Below are positions 26,197 through 39,447 of a stretch of 64,000 nt of DNA, piece by piece (within the stretch, counting starts at the first letter, position 1; the number at the start of each line of letters is the position of its first letter). Position numbers and translations under genes: made by a program. This DNA is from Gnetum montanum (lineage: Eukaryota; Plantae; Gnetophyta). The stretch is from assembly GCA_015680685.1 (NCBI GenBank), contig MNCI01002996.1:125542-189541 (forward strand), written 5' to 3'. Below the pieces are notes generated by a model that was given only the letters and a program-made list of their open reading frames with translations, searched no databases and had not been told where the DNA came from.

Positions 26197-29100
26197 TGAT
26201 GAGTGGTGAGGTACCCCTACACTCAACCATACGAATACGAGCGTTACACGCACGATCCGATCGAACTCTGCAGACTAAGTGCCTACACGCCTTATGGAAC
26301 ACTTAAGGTTAATCATTCGTTGTCTTCCCAAACTTACTTGTATTTGTCACGGTTGTATGGTTAAGTAAGTTTGAGGTATGTGATTTTTATATCTTTTATG
26401 TTTTATCTCCTATGTTAATGAGCTAAAGGGTGAAGAGACTAATTAGCTAACTTTAACTAACTAACAAAGCCTTAATTAACCTAGCATCAGCATTTGTTCC
26501 CACTTACCGTTCACACCCTGAACCAATGCAACCTTGATTACCAAACACTATTCATTACTGGGATCACCAAGCATAACGCACGTGCTCGAAGTGGTCATAC
26601 TGAATGCACTTAACTATGGGAGAAAGGTTGAGAGAGATTTAATTAACTAATAAAGAATTTAAATAATCAACAATAAATAACAATAATTAAAATCCTAATT
26701 AGCTTAGTCCATGCACTGCAAGGTTTATCCAACAGTTTGTCTTTATTTCCGTACACAAACTTGTGTTCAAGNAAATTATTCTATCTCTGGAGAGATAAAA
26801 CTGCCAGAGTTTCGCTAAGGGTCTAGATCTAAACTGAGAAAAAAGGGAGAGCTGCTTCTTATTTATAGAAATGGTAGCAGACCGTGATATCGCGTACGCA
26901 ATATCACAGGAAAGATGCGATATTGCGTACGATACATCACATACGCGATATCGTAGTGAGGACGCGATATTGTGGCCCATGCGATATCGTGTCCCATCAT
27001 AGCCCCATGACTGAATAAAAACTCGTCCTTGAGTTCCTTATAAAATATTGGAAAGGTATGGGATTATTAACTTGAATGGAACTAATGGTGAACGAGACGA
27101 CATGTAAACGGATCATCATTACAGAACATGACAAAATTGGTGTTCATGACAACAAGAGTGAACACCTTATACATTTGACATCAAACCTTATTCAGCAGCT
27201 GAGAGAGAAGAGAGAAGAAGTCTACTGCTGCCAACGCCAAGATTGCACCTTTCATTATCTATCCATAAACACGCCATCGATCTTGCTCCTTTCATAGCTA
27301 CTTTCAGCATTGGTCCATTCCAAGTGTTCCCTCCAGATCCAATCCATTGTTGCATGATTGCCATTTGCACACACAACACAGTCTTTTATTAGCAAGGGTA
27401 AATGAATCACAATGCAGTTGATACCTTGCTTCGGTGAAAGGTCCATTAGTTGAGTTGTGGTATGGCTGATTGCGGATCTGAAGATATAATAGTGGTGACT
27501 ACCGAAGGTGTAGGGGTTAGGAGAAAATTGAAAAAATTGGGTCAGGACCCCCATGACTAAGAGCGAACCTCCGGTAGCGATAAAATGGAGAAAAAGAAAA
27601 GGAACAAGAAGGATGGAGAAAGAGAGACAACTATAACATCGATGAAATGGATGTCAAGATGAAAATGAACAAAATAGAGTGGATTGAGAAAATGTTAAGG
27701 GAAAGAACTTAACTGATGTACCAAAGAGGAATGCCAGTGGGTCCTCCCCAAAGCAAGCTCATGCCCTTAATGCCCTATCAAACCCACATTCGAAGAGTCC
27801 GTAGGCTTTGGGAATGTCATTTGGAATAAGAGTTAAAGTCTTAACCACAAGAATTTACCAAAAAGAAAACAATGCGTCAACCAAAATATACACTAATGAT
27901 ACAACCGGAAATGATGTGAATAATGGAGGAAGAATGATGGAAAGAAGAGAATGGAATGGAGTCTCAAGAACAAGGTGGTGTACAGCCCCTTATGTAGTTA
28001 ATGATTAATGTGACTCAATAGATCCCATTCCAAGTCCATCCTCAAAAAAACCACATCCAGTGACTTCACATTAATGCATTCGACGAATCCATCCTCTTGA
28101 AGTAACAAGAATGCATCCCTCAAAGAGCCACCACCATTCCGATGAAATGAAGGAGGAGAGAATGGAAAGTGAGAAGGGCCTTAGTTAGAGGGAACATTTT
28201 TATTTTTAGTTCCATAACCAGTGCTTGTAGCCCAAATGATTATTTTTTCTAAGGTGTGTGCTTTGAATTCTCACTTTTTTTTTCACTCTTTTTTTTATGT
28301 GTTTATGCGTGAGAACCACACCATGCAAAGACTTCGTTATTTTTATTAGCTCAGCTTCTCGATAATGGAGCAATGTTGGAATGGGAAGGAAAAATCAAGA
28401 AGAAAACATCCAAGCACCCAAGATAATGGCCAACACAATGCATCAAGTTCCCTTGAAGTCACACCCTTTTCAATCCTTGAGTCCTTCCTTAGTTTGAAAA
28501 ATGCCCAGTCACCGATTCGTTGTAGTTCTTATTATTGAAAAAGGGACTATATAGTTCCAAGCCAAGAGAGACCATAGAAATTTGTGGATGTATGGATGAA
28601 GTGGACTCATTTCCTGTCATATCAAAAGAACCATACCTTGGTATCAACATCATAATCTTAAGGGTAAAATCCAAACATTAGCAATCAATATGGGATAGTT
28701 CATACCATCTTTGGAACACTTATTGGATGAAAAACTTAACAAAATGGATAAAACACACACACCCACACTCATACATAAAGAAATGAAAAAGAATAAACGA
28801 TGTTGTAAAACAAAAACAAGAAAAGTTAAAGAAATTTGTAAAACAAAAATGTGCAAAAAAAATGTGTAAAAAAAAATTAAAAAGAACTAAGGGCCTCAAT
28901 TGGTTAGTACAGGTGGCCATCTCCCCCATGACTGAATTGAAAGGGGGAGATCTAAAATAATGAGCGAGGCTATCTGTTATCAGAGGTGTAATTTGCACTA
29001 GCTGTTCTTACTTCATGGAAGGGTTTGGTTTGTTGCACATTGACTAGTAATCTCTTATCAGGGCTTTTAGGCTTGTATATTGTCATGGCTCCCAAGGGAA

Positions 29101-32100
29101 AGGTCGTATGAATAATGTAGGGTCCTTCCCACAATGTTTGAAATTTTTTTCATTGTGGTACATGCGTGGGGTTCCAGTAAAGGACCTTGTCTCCTGGTTG
29201 ATACTTAACCCTTCGAATTCTTAAGTTATGACATTGTTTATTATGTGCCTTGTGCAACTCATTTGATGACAGAGCAACCAATCTATTCTCGTCTAGCACA
29301 TTTAGAGCTGCCAATCTTCATTTTTGTGCTAGTTCGAGGTCAAGGTGGAGGTCACATGCCATGGATAATGTACGGAGCTCAGTTTGTATTGGGAGCTTTG
29401 GAAGTTTTCCGTATACTAACTCATAGGGAGAGTAGCCTGTGGGGAGTTTCCAAGTGGAGCGGTACGCCCAGAGAGTGTTGTTCAGTTTCATGCTCCAATC
29501 TCTCCTAAATTTACTAATTGTTCTTGTTAATATTCTCGTAATCTCTCGATTAGTGACCTCAACTTGGCCATTAGCTTGGGGGTGATAAGGTGTGGTCAAT
29601 TTATGTTCAACCCCTAAGCGTTGCATCAACTTGCAAAAGGTTGCACCTGTAAAATGTGTTCCATTATCAGAGATGAGTGCACGTGGCACACCAAACCTAT
29701 TTATGATTTGTTGTTGTACAAATTGTGCAACCATAGACAATGTGCAGTCTGTTATAGTAGCTGCTTTAGCCTATTTGGTTAAATAGTCAACAACAACAAT
29801 GATATAAGCTTTCCCATTAGACATCGATGTAATGGGCTCCATAAAATCTATTCCCCAAATGTCGAAGGGTTCCAAATGTTGAATCCATTGTTGTAGACCC
29901 TCGATTCTAGTAGTCATTCCACCATCATGTTAATAGTGCTCATAGGATTGGGCAAATTGATGGGCATCCTGAAATAGCGTTGGCCAGTAATATCCTGCAA
30001 GCAGGATCTTAATGGTCGTTCGTCTCCCTGCATAGTGGCCCCCACAAGGACCCTCATGAGCATCTTAGAGAACTCTTAATTGATCCTCATTGGACACACA
30101 CCATCGAACCAAGCCATCAGGACAGACTTTATAGAGTTATTCCTTGATTTCCATGAAGTACTTGGTTTTATGAAGAAACTATTGCTTCTTCCTAAAGTCC
30201 AACCCCTGTGGTGTTTTTTGGGAAAGGAGATAAGTAAGAATGCTACTATACCAATTTGTTCTTATGGGTTGGTTATTCACTACCCTGGCAAAGAGGGTTT
30301 TGTCAGGAAAATGATCCGATACGGCATATTCATCCTCTTTGTTATCCTAGTGCAACCGAGATAAGTGATTTGCGACTACATTCTCGGTGCCCTTCCGGTC
30401 TACTATTGTTAAGTCAAACTCTTGAAGGATTACCAACCAACGTATAATGCAAGGGCTAATCATTAGCTTGTTCATGAGGAACCTAATTGCACTATGATCT
30501 GTATGAATATACACTTTGTAGCCTAACACATAGTGCCTAAATTTGTCCATTGCAAACACTACAGCCATTAATTCCTTTTCTGTAGTTATGTAGTTGAGTT
30601 GTGCACTGGTGATACTTTTACTTGCACAGTGGATGTAATAAGGGCGTTTTTGTTCATCTAACTGTGTTAGTACGACTTCTAAGGCATAATTAGATGCGTT
30701 GGTCATGATATGGAATGGTCTGGACTAGTTAAGGGCTTGTAGAATGGGAGTTTCCACAAGCCTCTGTTTTAGAGTTTGGAATGCTCATTCACATTCCCTG
30801 GTCCATTCAAATGGTGCATCCTTCTTCGTTAATTCCACCAATGGTTTGGCAATTTTGGAGAAGTTCTCAATGAATCTCCTATAGTAGCCAGTGTGTCCAA
30901 GGAATGATTGAATGTCTTTGACAGTTTCTAATTGTCGGATGATTCCTTGGATGACTTTTACCTTTTCCGGGTCCACCTCTATTCTTGACTATGAAATCTT
31001 ATGCCCCAATACTATGCCCTCTCAAACCATCAAGTGGCTTTTCTGCCAGTTGAGCTTCAGGTTGGTTTCAACACATTGTTTTAGCACTTGCTCTAATCGG
31101 TACAGGGCTTGATCAAAGCTTGTCCCATAAGTGGAGAAGTCATTTATAAAGACTTCCACTCTGTTTCCTATCTGTTGTTGAAATATGCTTAGGACTAAAC
31201 GTTGGAACATGGTAGAGGCATTGCACAAGCCAAATGGCATTTGCTTATATGCAAACGTTCCCTAGGGACTGGTGAAAGTTGTTTTGGCTTGATCTTCTGG
31301 TGCTATTCGTATTTGATTATATCCACTATACCTGTCCAGAAAACTATAATAGCAATGCCTCGCTATAGTGTCCAAGACTTGGTCGATGAACGACAACGGA
31401 AAATGATCTTTGAATGTTGCCATGTTCAATTGCCTAAAATCTATACATACCCTCCATTTGCCTCCCTTCTTAGGCATGATTACTAGAGGACTAACCCATT
31501 CACTATCAGTAATGGGATATATGAACCCAACCTTGAGGAGCTATTCTATCTCTTCTTTTACTGCTTTTTTCAATTTCAAGTTCAATCGCCTCTGTGGTTG
31601 TTATCGAGGCTTCATGGAGGGGTCCGTGTAAATCCTATGCTAGCATATCCTAGGGTCTATTCCAGTTAAATTGAGATATAACTAGGCAAAGGCTTTTGAC
31701 CATTTATTTATTACTTTCAATAGGCATTCTGTTTGCTTGGGGACAAGTTTTACCTTGATAATTACCTGTTTTCCGTTTTCAAGGATCATGTATTCCAAAC
31801 CAGTCGGTAATGGTTTTAGATCTAGGGGCTCCTGTCTAAATTCCTCAGGAATCTCCAACTTCCCTCAGTTAATGTTTTCAAAGTTAAAGGCTGGAAGTTG
31901 GCAACGAACTTGCTCTAGTGCGTCTGTGCTTTCAATGTAAGCATTAGTTATCCCCTCAGTTAGTTCCATGCATGTTATTGAATTGCTCTCTTGATCAGCC
32001 ATCAGCCTCTGGGTGTTTTCTTGTCGTGTGGCTTCTGCATATAGGCACTTTTGTATGTCAATGTCTTGTGCACATCGATTGCATGCAAGTAATGTTAAAC

Positions 32101-35100
32101 TCTGCATTACCCATGATTTCTGCATGCAATGGCACCCTGTGTCACTATATGCGATGCATGGAACTTTCTTCTTCTCAAACTTTCCAAAGTATTTTTCTTG
32201 GATATTTCTAGGGAAAGATTACAGATTCCTAGGCGTGCATCTATTGTACTCAGCCACGCCCTTCCCATTATTATCGAGAAGTCCCCTTGTCATTGTTTAT
32301 TTGGATCACCAAGAAATCAGCTGGGTATGACCAACCACCCATGGTGGTAACAATGTCCTCAACCTATCCCAAAGCAAAAATGATGGACTAGTCAGCTAGC
32401 TCTAAGTGAACATTGCTCTTCTTGAGTGGAGGAAGGTTCTAAGTTTTATACAATTCTTGTTAAATTAAGTTGACTTTGGAGCCTAAGTCAAGAAGAGCCT
32501 TATGAGGTTCATTCCCAGTGACTTGGAGATAAATTAGGGGGCTTCCAGGATCAGAGAATTTCTTGGGAAGGTGGCCTACCTTAATCCAGTCGGTGACGGT
32601 ATGTGTTAACATAACCGTATGCATTGGGCTCAATTTTTGGTTTGAAGGGGGTCCTGAAACCTTATTTGGTACAGAGGTGTTGAGATGTTCAACCGCTTGT
32701 GAGGCTGAGGGCTTGGTTGGATTGTTGGTTCTGAAGAAAGGTCTTTTCAGCATAAGATTGTCAGGACCAACTGAGAATTGAGGATTGGAAGCCCTCGTGA
32801 CATTGGGTTGTTGCAGTTAAGTGGGAAATACCCTTGGCATTGTTGGAGTGGTTGGTGGTGGAACTATCGACGTATGAGTGGCGGATGGATTTGGAGGATG
32901 GTACGCGTGTGGTATGCCTTCCATAGGTGAAGGAGTCCTAAAATACTCCCAAACTTGGTAGTGACGTTGTGGGGTTGCATGACCCATAGAGTCACTTGGA
33001 GAAACCAACTGCTACACATAGTAGCCATACAAATCTGGTTGCCGGTAAGGGTATTGTTGTCTAGGCGGTGGCATCCCCCATGACTGTGGGTGTTGCCACT
33101 GCTGATGTTGCCCAATAGGTTGTGGCGGAGTTCCACTTGGATAATATGTTAACGGTTGGTGGAACTGCCTTGGGTTACCTTGGGGATAAGGTAACCTTCG
33201 AGGTGCCTTCCATCTATTAAGTCTTGGGTTGAGTGCATACACCCCAGACTCTTGTAGATGTGAGATTATTGGGCAACATCCCTTAGGATGGTCATATTGG
33301 CAGATCTCACATCCACTGTCATTGTTTGTATCTGAATCCACAACCTCATCGGTGATAGTCATTTTTCCCTTACCCTTATCACGTGCATGAGCTAAATCTC
33401 TCTGCTTTTTCTTACCATGGTCACTACTTCGTTCCTCCTTAGAATCCTCTACAATTTTTAGGACAATTTCAATTTTACTATCTAAGGAGCTCCATATTTC
33501 GTCTACCTTAGCCGATACTTCCGTTGTTAGCTTTTGAAGCAGCAAGGTTTTTCTATTCATCAACTCTTCGAGTGGTGACTCATCCTCTTCATTGCAGAAT
33601 CTTACTCCCTTCTTTCGGGAGGGAAGGATTGCGGTTATGCTCTTCCGTGCTTTCTCTTTTTCATAGCTCCCCTTCTTCTTTAGCTGCTTACTCCAACAAT
33701 CAATGAATTTCATGGGATCTAAGTTCATATAGGGTTCTCCTGGTTTCATGTCTTTGCCCATCTACAAGGTGGCAGAGTTGATCCCATTGTGCGTAACCAT
33801 GGCCCGGGCAACGATGTAGCAATGCGTAATATCGGCCCATGGTAGCATCCAAGGGTTCATGATTACCCTACTTGCATCCTTGGATCTACTTACGCAAGTT
33901 GGACACTCTAGAGTACATTTGGTATTTATCGTTAAACAATTCTAGCATTGTACTCCACCTCCTAATGGTTTCCGACTCTAAGGACCGGTACTAACTCTGC
34001 GCTTCTTTTATGAGTGTCTTAGGGAACAACTTTAACTTCTGCCACTCATTCTCAATATTCTACAAGGCACAAACATCGTGGAATGCTTGTAAGTGGTTCT
34101 GCGAATTAGCGTTGTATCCNACATCGTGGAATGCTTGTAAGTGGTTCTGCGAATTAGCGTTGTATCCCCCTTCGAACCGTGGGATATTATTCATGTCTAG
34201 TCTTTTGATCCGGCTATCCTTTTGGTGCCTTGTAGGTATTCTAACTACCTCAGTAATGTCTAGCATACTTCAGGTGGCAAGTAGGGGTTCATCATGATCA
34301 TCTCTCTCATGATGTCTATGATGCCTACGTGGTTCCCTACTTTCCCTTCTTTCATGCCTTGACTCTCTCGAATGCCCTCGTCCTCGCTCTCAACTCTCTT
34401 GTCAAGGTCTCTCAATTTGCTTACCCTTATCCTCACCATTGTGCTCTTGGTGACTACGTCCTGATGTGGAAGGAGAGGGTGAATGATGTGATGAAGGGAA
34501 AGAAGAAGGGGAACCATCACCATGACAATGTTTCTTACCTTCTCTTTGGTGACTACGGCCTTGATCGTGATGACGATCTGAGTGCCCGTCCTTGTCATGT
34601 GCTTTTGTTCCCTCAGTGAACACTTGGTGTTCATGGGGATTAGAACCAGGGTTGTGTATCGTGTAGCATAGGTTCTGATACCCCACCTCCTCACTATTGT
34701 TAGGAGGAGGAACATCATTTGATGGAGAACCTGTTATAATTGGTTCACCATCTCCAATTTTGCTTAGGACATGCGGGACACCTTTGCCCTTCAACAATGT
34801 ATGGTGACTCTCCTGCCATGAGTCCCTTAAACGTTGTGCTTCTATGGGATGGTAGTCCCTTATGCTGTAATCACATGCAACGTATTCAGTGTATAGTTGT
34901 GTCATGCCTATTTGTGCAAGGGCACAAAGGAGCATGTTGGGGACTACACGATCTGGGGGTAACACTATGTTACCTTGCAAATCACGCCAACGCAGTTATT
35001 CATCCTGATGGAGGATAAAAGTAAAATTAGGTATATACTCATCGGGATGAATATACATCACCCGATACTATTGAGGAACTGGCGGTTTGCAGTTATGTGT

Positions 35101-35834
35101 GTTAGACTGCCAACGGTCTCTTGTGTGATCCCTAGGTGGTGAAGTGCTTTTGTCAGAAGAAGAAGACATTGTGTCTTATTCGGTGTGCTGATTAACCGTT
35201 ATATAATTTTTCGTTTAATTAACCCTAAGGGTTCGTTTAAGATTCCCAATGATGTGGATGATTTCCTATGTTCTACTTAGCTCACAAACAACTTAGTCCT
35301 TAGCAACAACGCCAATGATGAGTGGCGAGGTACCCCTACACTCAACCATATGAATACGAGCTTTACACGCACGATCTGGTCGAACTCCGTAGACTAAGTG
35401 CCTACACACCTTATGGAACACTTAAGGTTAATCATTCGTTGTCTTCCCAGACTTACTTGTATTTGTCACGGTTGTATGGTTAAGTAAGTCTGAGGTATGT
35501 GATTTTTATATCTTTTATGTTTTATCTCCTATGCTAATGAGGTAAAGGGTGAAAAGACTAATTAACTAACTTTAACTAACTAACTAAGNATCCATTCACT
35601 TTGGAGCTCCTACTGCGGGCACATGGAAATTATTCTATCTTTGGAGAGGTAAAACTGCCAGAGTTTTGCTAAGGGTCTAGATCTAAACTGAGAAACAAGG
35701 GAGAGCTGCTTCTTATTTATAGATATGACGGTAGACCGCGATATCGCGTACGCGATATTGCGTACGATACATCGTGTACGCAATATTGCAATGAGGATGC
35801 AATATCGCAGCCCATGCGATATTGCGTCCCATGA
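26197..35834 (-). mobile_element. Full-length degenerate Athila-like element C
   Basis: 3' LTR 26197-26999, 5' LTR 35316-35834 (about 9 differences in the first ~155 bp, mostly transitions), TSD TAAGT (26192-26196 and 35835-35839), PBS 35297-35314, PPT 27000-27020. Confidence 0.93.
29040..35169 (-). pseudogene. gag-pol: gag-pol of element C (leader domain, Gag, PR, RT, RNase H, integrase)
   Basis: CEICQYDHPKGCC knuckle, ALLDLGSKVNL (PR), KKGGKWRVCIDFR / FLDRYSGYNQI / MPFGLCNA / VEVFINDF (RT), NYITTEKELMAVVFA / TDHSAI (RH), GVPRALISDNGTHF / YHPQANGQVE (INT). Many stops and frameshifts. Confidence 0.93.
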
Positions 35835-36327
35835 TAAGTAATTAATCAATATCGATTAAATAGCAAACATAAGTATAACCACTTCGAGCATATGTTTAAC
35901 GCTTGGTAACTTAGAGGCACTATAACATGTTTAGGATGTGTATAGAAAGTGGGAATGGATGTTTATGTTAGGATTACTTAAGTATTAGTTAGTTACTAGA
36001 TTAATTACACATTAAATTTACTTTGTTTCCAACACTTAAGCAATTAAACCATAAAAGACAAAATGATAAAAATCATATGCCTCAGTTACACTTAACCATA
36101 TACTTGCACTTCGTAAGTGGAACTGAGAAGACAACGATTGCAATAGTTAGATTCACTTCATAAAACCTAGTGTACCTAGAGAGCCAAAGTCTACGAAATT
36201 CGACCGAATTGCTTCGTGAATGCTAGTGATTCATATGGTTGAACATAGGGTATACTTGTTGCTCATCACTCCACCTTCATTGTAAACAACTTAAAATTTC
36301 TTCTTCTTGGGGAGGGGGAGGGGGTGT

Positions 36328-36466
36328 TGGAACCCAAAATAAGTGAAACATAAGTACATTCTAAGATTTACATAATTTTATAACTTGATGCTACCTTATA
36401 TAATTGAAGTTGTGAGCTAGTATTACCAAGAAAAGACCTATACCACTAGGCAAATACCTCATCACA
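36328..36466 (-). mobile_element. tRNA-derived SINE-like copy (old)
   Basis: Aligns to the 37981-38130 copy (AACC.AAAATAAGTGAAACATA..TACCACTAGGC); C-rich tail on minus. Confidence 0.55.
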
Positions 36467-37419
36467 AAATATCTATTTTTTGAAGGAGTAGTAACATTCC
36501 TTATCTTCTAAATTTGTTACTTCCATAATTACACATTTTGATTAACCTTCCAAAGGTAATTGAATCCTAGTCAAATGTTAGTATTAGAATTGATAATAGA
36601 ATACAATATCTTAGATCGATATGGAAAAACATGATGGTAATTAATTTAAGAAAAATCAAGAAAATCATTATGAAAATTTGAATTGTTACATTTCTATCCA
36701 AACTATCTAAAAAAAGTAAAAACTTGTAAGGACACTTTCCTACCCCACATGGGAAGGTTTATCGAATTAATTGTAAAGATAAAACCTGAAAAACGCATCC
36801 CAAAAACCATTGGGCTATTTATTTAGTCTCTCTTTGATGATTTTATGTACTCTAAATTTTTTTATATTATTATTCATTTTTTGTAGTCTCATACCCCCTC
36901 ACCATCCTTGAACTATCTAAAATATCCAAAAAAGCTCACTTTTAGAAACATTAATGCCAACTACTTAGTCATTGGTACTATGTCATTGTGTATCTTACAC
37001 AACATGTTAACATGTTGTAAATCCTAGGTTCAATGCCACTATGTTGAAGTGGAAATTTCTTATTTATGGTTAAATCTCCTTTAACATAGAACATGCCACA
37101 ACACTTATTTCCAATGTTGTCCTGTAACAACACAACCTTACATATAACTTGACACCACCTAAGAGCCCTTAATTTTTTAAGGTCAAATTTAGTGTGAACT
37201 ATACCTAAAATACCTAATTTATGCATTCATGGATAGCATCCTTGTGTAGCTAAAATGTGTGTCTAACTATATATAAATCAAGAATATAAGAAGGAGGATG
37301 CTGCAACCCAAAACAATTTGACTATAAGTACATCCCAATATATATAAGCAACATGATACTTTAAAAGAAACTTAAAAATAACATAATAATACCTCATATG
37401 TATGTCAAATTAGTAACCT

Positions 37420-37635
37420 TTTAACAATGAGGCGTTAGCCTGATGGTAAGACTATTGATTTGAAAGCTACAAGTGATAGGTTTAATTTTGGTGGATAATA
37501 CTGAGTTATAAAGTTCTAATTGGACTACATATTTTGAGATGTTCCTTTATTACAATTATTTCGGAGTTCCAACATAGGCCTCCTAGCCACACACACACCC
37601 CACACCCCCACACCCCCAAACCCACCCTTCCCACN
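37420..37635 (+). mobile_element. tRNA-derived SINE-like copy
   Basis: A-box-like TAGCCTGATGG, degenerate B-box, body matching the reverse complement of 38015-38135, CA/CCCA-rich tail. Confidence 0.6.
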
Positions 37636-37974
37636 ACCTTTCCTCATGTCCTTGCAAATAAAATCTAGAACTTGAAACTTTCAAATCAAGTCTTATCGCT
37701 ATGCTAACATGTCAATATACCTATTGGAATCCAAACAAACAACTTTAACCAAATATGTTATGTCTTGATGATTCTTAAATCCTAGTATTCTTGCAAATGA
37801 TAACATAGGTAAATTAGGAAGGTGTTAGAACTTTAAACCTTTTTTGTTAATTATATGTACCTCTAAGACATATAGCCGATTTTTGTAGAACTTATATAAA
37901 ATATAAATGTGTTCTCCCAAGACATACAGCCAATTATTATGGAACTTAATAGAACATAAAAGTGTCTTAAGTGT

Positions 37975-38130
37975 GAGAGTGTTTGAACCTAAAATAAGTG
38001 AAACATATGTACACCTAAGATATTTAGTCCAATTAGAACTTTATATAACTCAACATTGCCCATCGAAATCAAACCCATGACTTGAAGCTTCCAAATCAAG
38101 TGTTTTACCACTAGGCTAACATCTCATTGT
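37975..38130 (-). mobile_element. tRNA-derived SINE with 18-bp target-site duplication
   Basis: TSD TAAAAGTGTCTTAAGTGT at 37957-37974 and 38131-38148; A-box TAGCCTAGTGG, B-box-like GGTTTGATTTC. Confidence 0.75.
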
Positions 38131-39447
38131 TAAAAGTGTCTTAAGTGTAACTCAAATTAACAATCTTGTATCTACAAATCCTTATTAGGAGCCACAACTC
38201 ATTGGTAAGAGAATGGCAATTATCAAGTTTGTTTTTTCGGATGTAAGAAGTTGCATGTTTCTATATGCTTATTTAATTTTTCTTTTAAAGATATTTGTTC
38301 ATTTTACAATAAGCTATTTACATGACAAGATTGTAATTCTACTACCAGTGTAAAGCAAGCATCTCTCCAATTTACTCTTGAGGAAGTCACAAAGGTTATT
38401 AAAAAGGTAGCATCTAGCAAAGTTGTATATTCAGATAGTTTATATGTAGAATTATTAAAGTGTGCAGAATTTGCTATTCATAGAGAACTTTGGCACAAAT
38501 TAAATTAAGTGTAACAACTTGTATTTTAGCAAAGGTTAATGACCTTTTACTTTGTATGCCTAGTAAAGGCAAATTGGTTGAGGATGGTTAACAATATTGA
38601 TATTAATTTTTATATGCATATTTAATTTTTCTTACCATATAGTAAATTTTTACTACCCATGTTTACTTATTTTTTACCATTATTCATGTTAATTATTTTT
38701 ACCTATCACTGGTGCGCCCAACCTAGCCCCATGAGACCTATCCTCGACTTAGCCAGAAGAGGATGCCAATCTTTCTCTCTTAGCAGTAGCTAATAATTTT
38801 GTTTTATGTACAGGTATTTTGGGCTAGGAAGAACATGGAGTATATATGGTACTTTGATGATTTTCATAGCACATGATAAAGCTATATGCTATTTGGAACT
38901 ATGTTTGCTACTTCATAAGTAGATGTTTATTAATTTGATTCACGTGCTTAGTCTTTTGTAAAAGACATTGTTGGATCATGTATTGATGATGAGAACTTAT
39001 CATATGTCTTTATGTAAGGTGTTTGAAATGAAACAATTATAGAATTTATAATATTATTGAATTTGAAATTTCTTTTTAATAGTTGCTTATAATTTAAATC
39101 TTTATTACATGTATATATATATTCATGTTAACATTAAAAGATANNNNNNNNNNNNNNNNNNNNNNNNNNNNNNNNNNNNNNNNNNNNNNNNNNNNNNNNN
39201 NNNNNNNNNNNNNNNNNNNNNNNNNNNNNNNNNNNNNNNNNNNNNNNNNNNNNNNNNNNNNNNNNNNNNNNNNNNNNNNNNNNNNNNNNNNNNNNNNNNN
39301 NNNNNNNNNNNNNNNNNNNNNNNNNNNNNNNNNNNNNNNNNNNNNNNNNNNNNNNNNNNNNNNNNNNNNNNNNNNNNNNNNNNNNNNNNNNNNNNNNNNN
39401 NNNNNNNNNNNNNNNNNNNNNNNNNNNNNNNNNNNNNNNNNNNNNNN

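Larger units (their letters stand above)
23884..36268 (+). mobile_element. Host Athila-like element: 3' internal region 23884-25802 and 3' LTR (25803-26196 plus 35840-36268) split by element C
   Basis: PPT GAGTTTTTATTTAGTCATGGGGGTA|TGATG at 25803, LTR end GCTCATCA at 36268. 23884-24800 is homologous to the reverse complement of 28640-27720. Confidence 0.75.

Noticed and set aside
35580-35600. Apparent deletion in the 5' LTR of element C
   Set aside because: It coincides with a single-n join, as does 26772, so it is probably an assembly collapse.
37430-37500. Functional tRNA gene
   Set aside because: Degenerate B-box, no proper cloverleaf, and shared non-tRNA body; better explained as a SINE.
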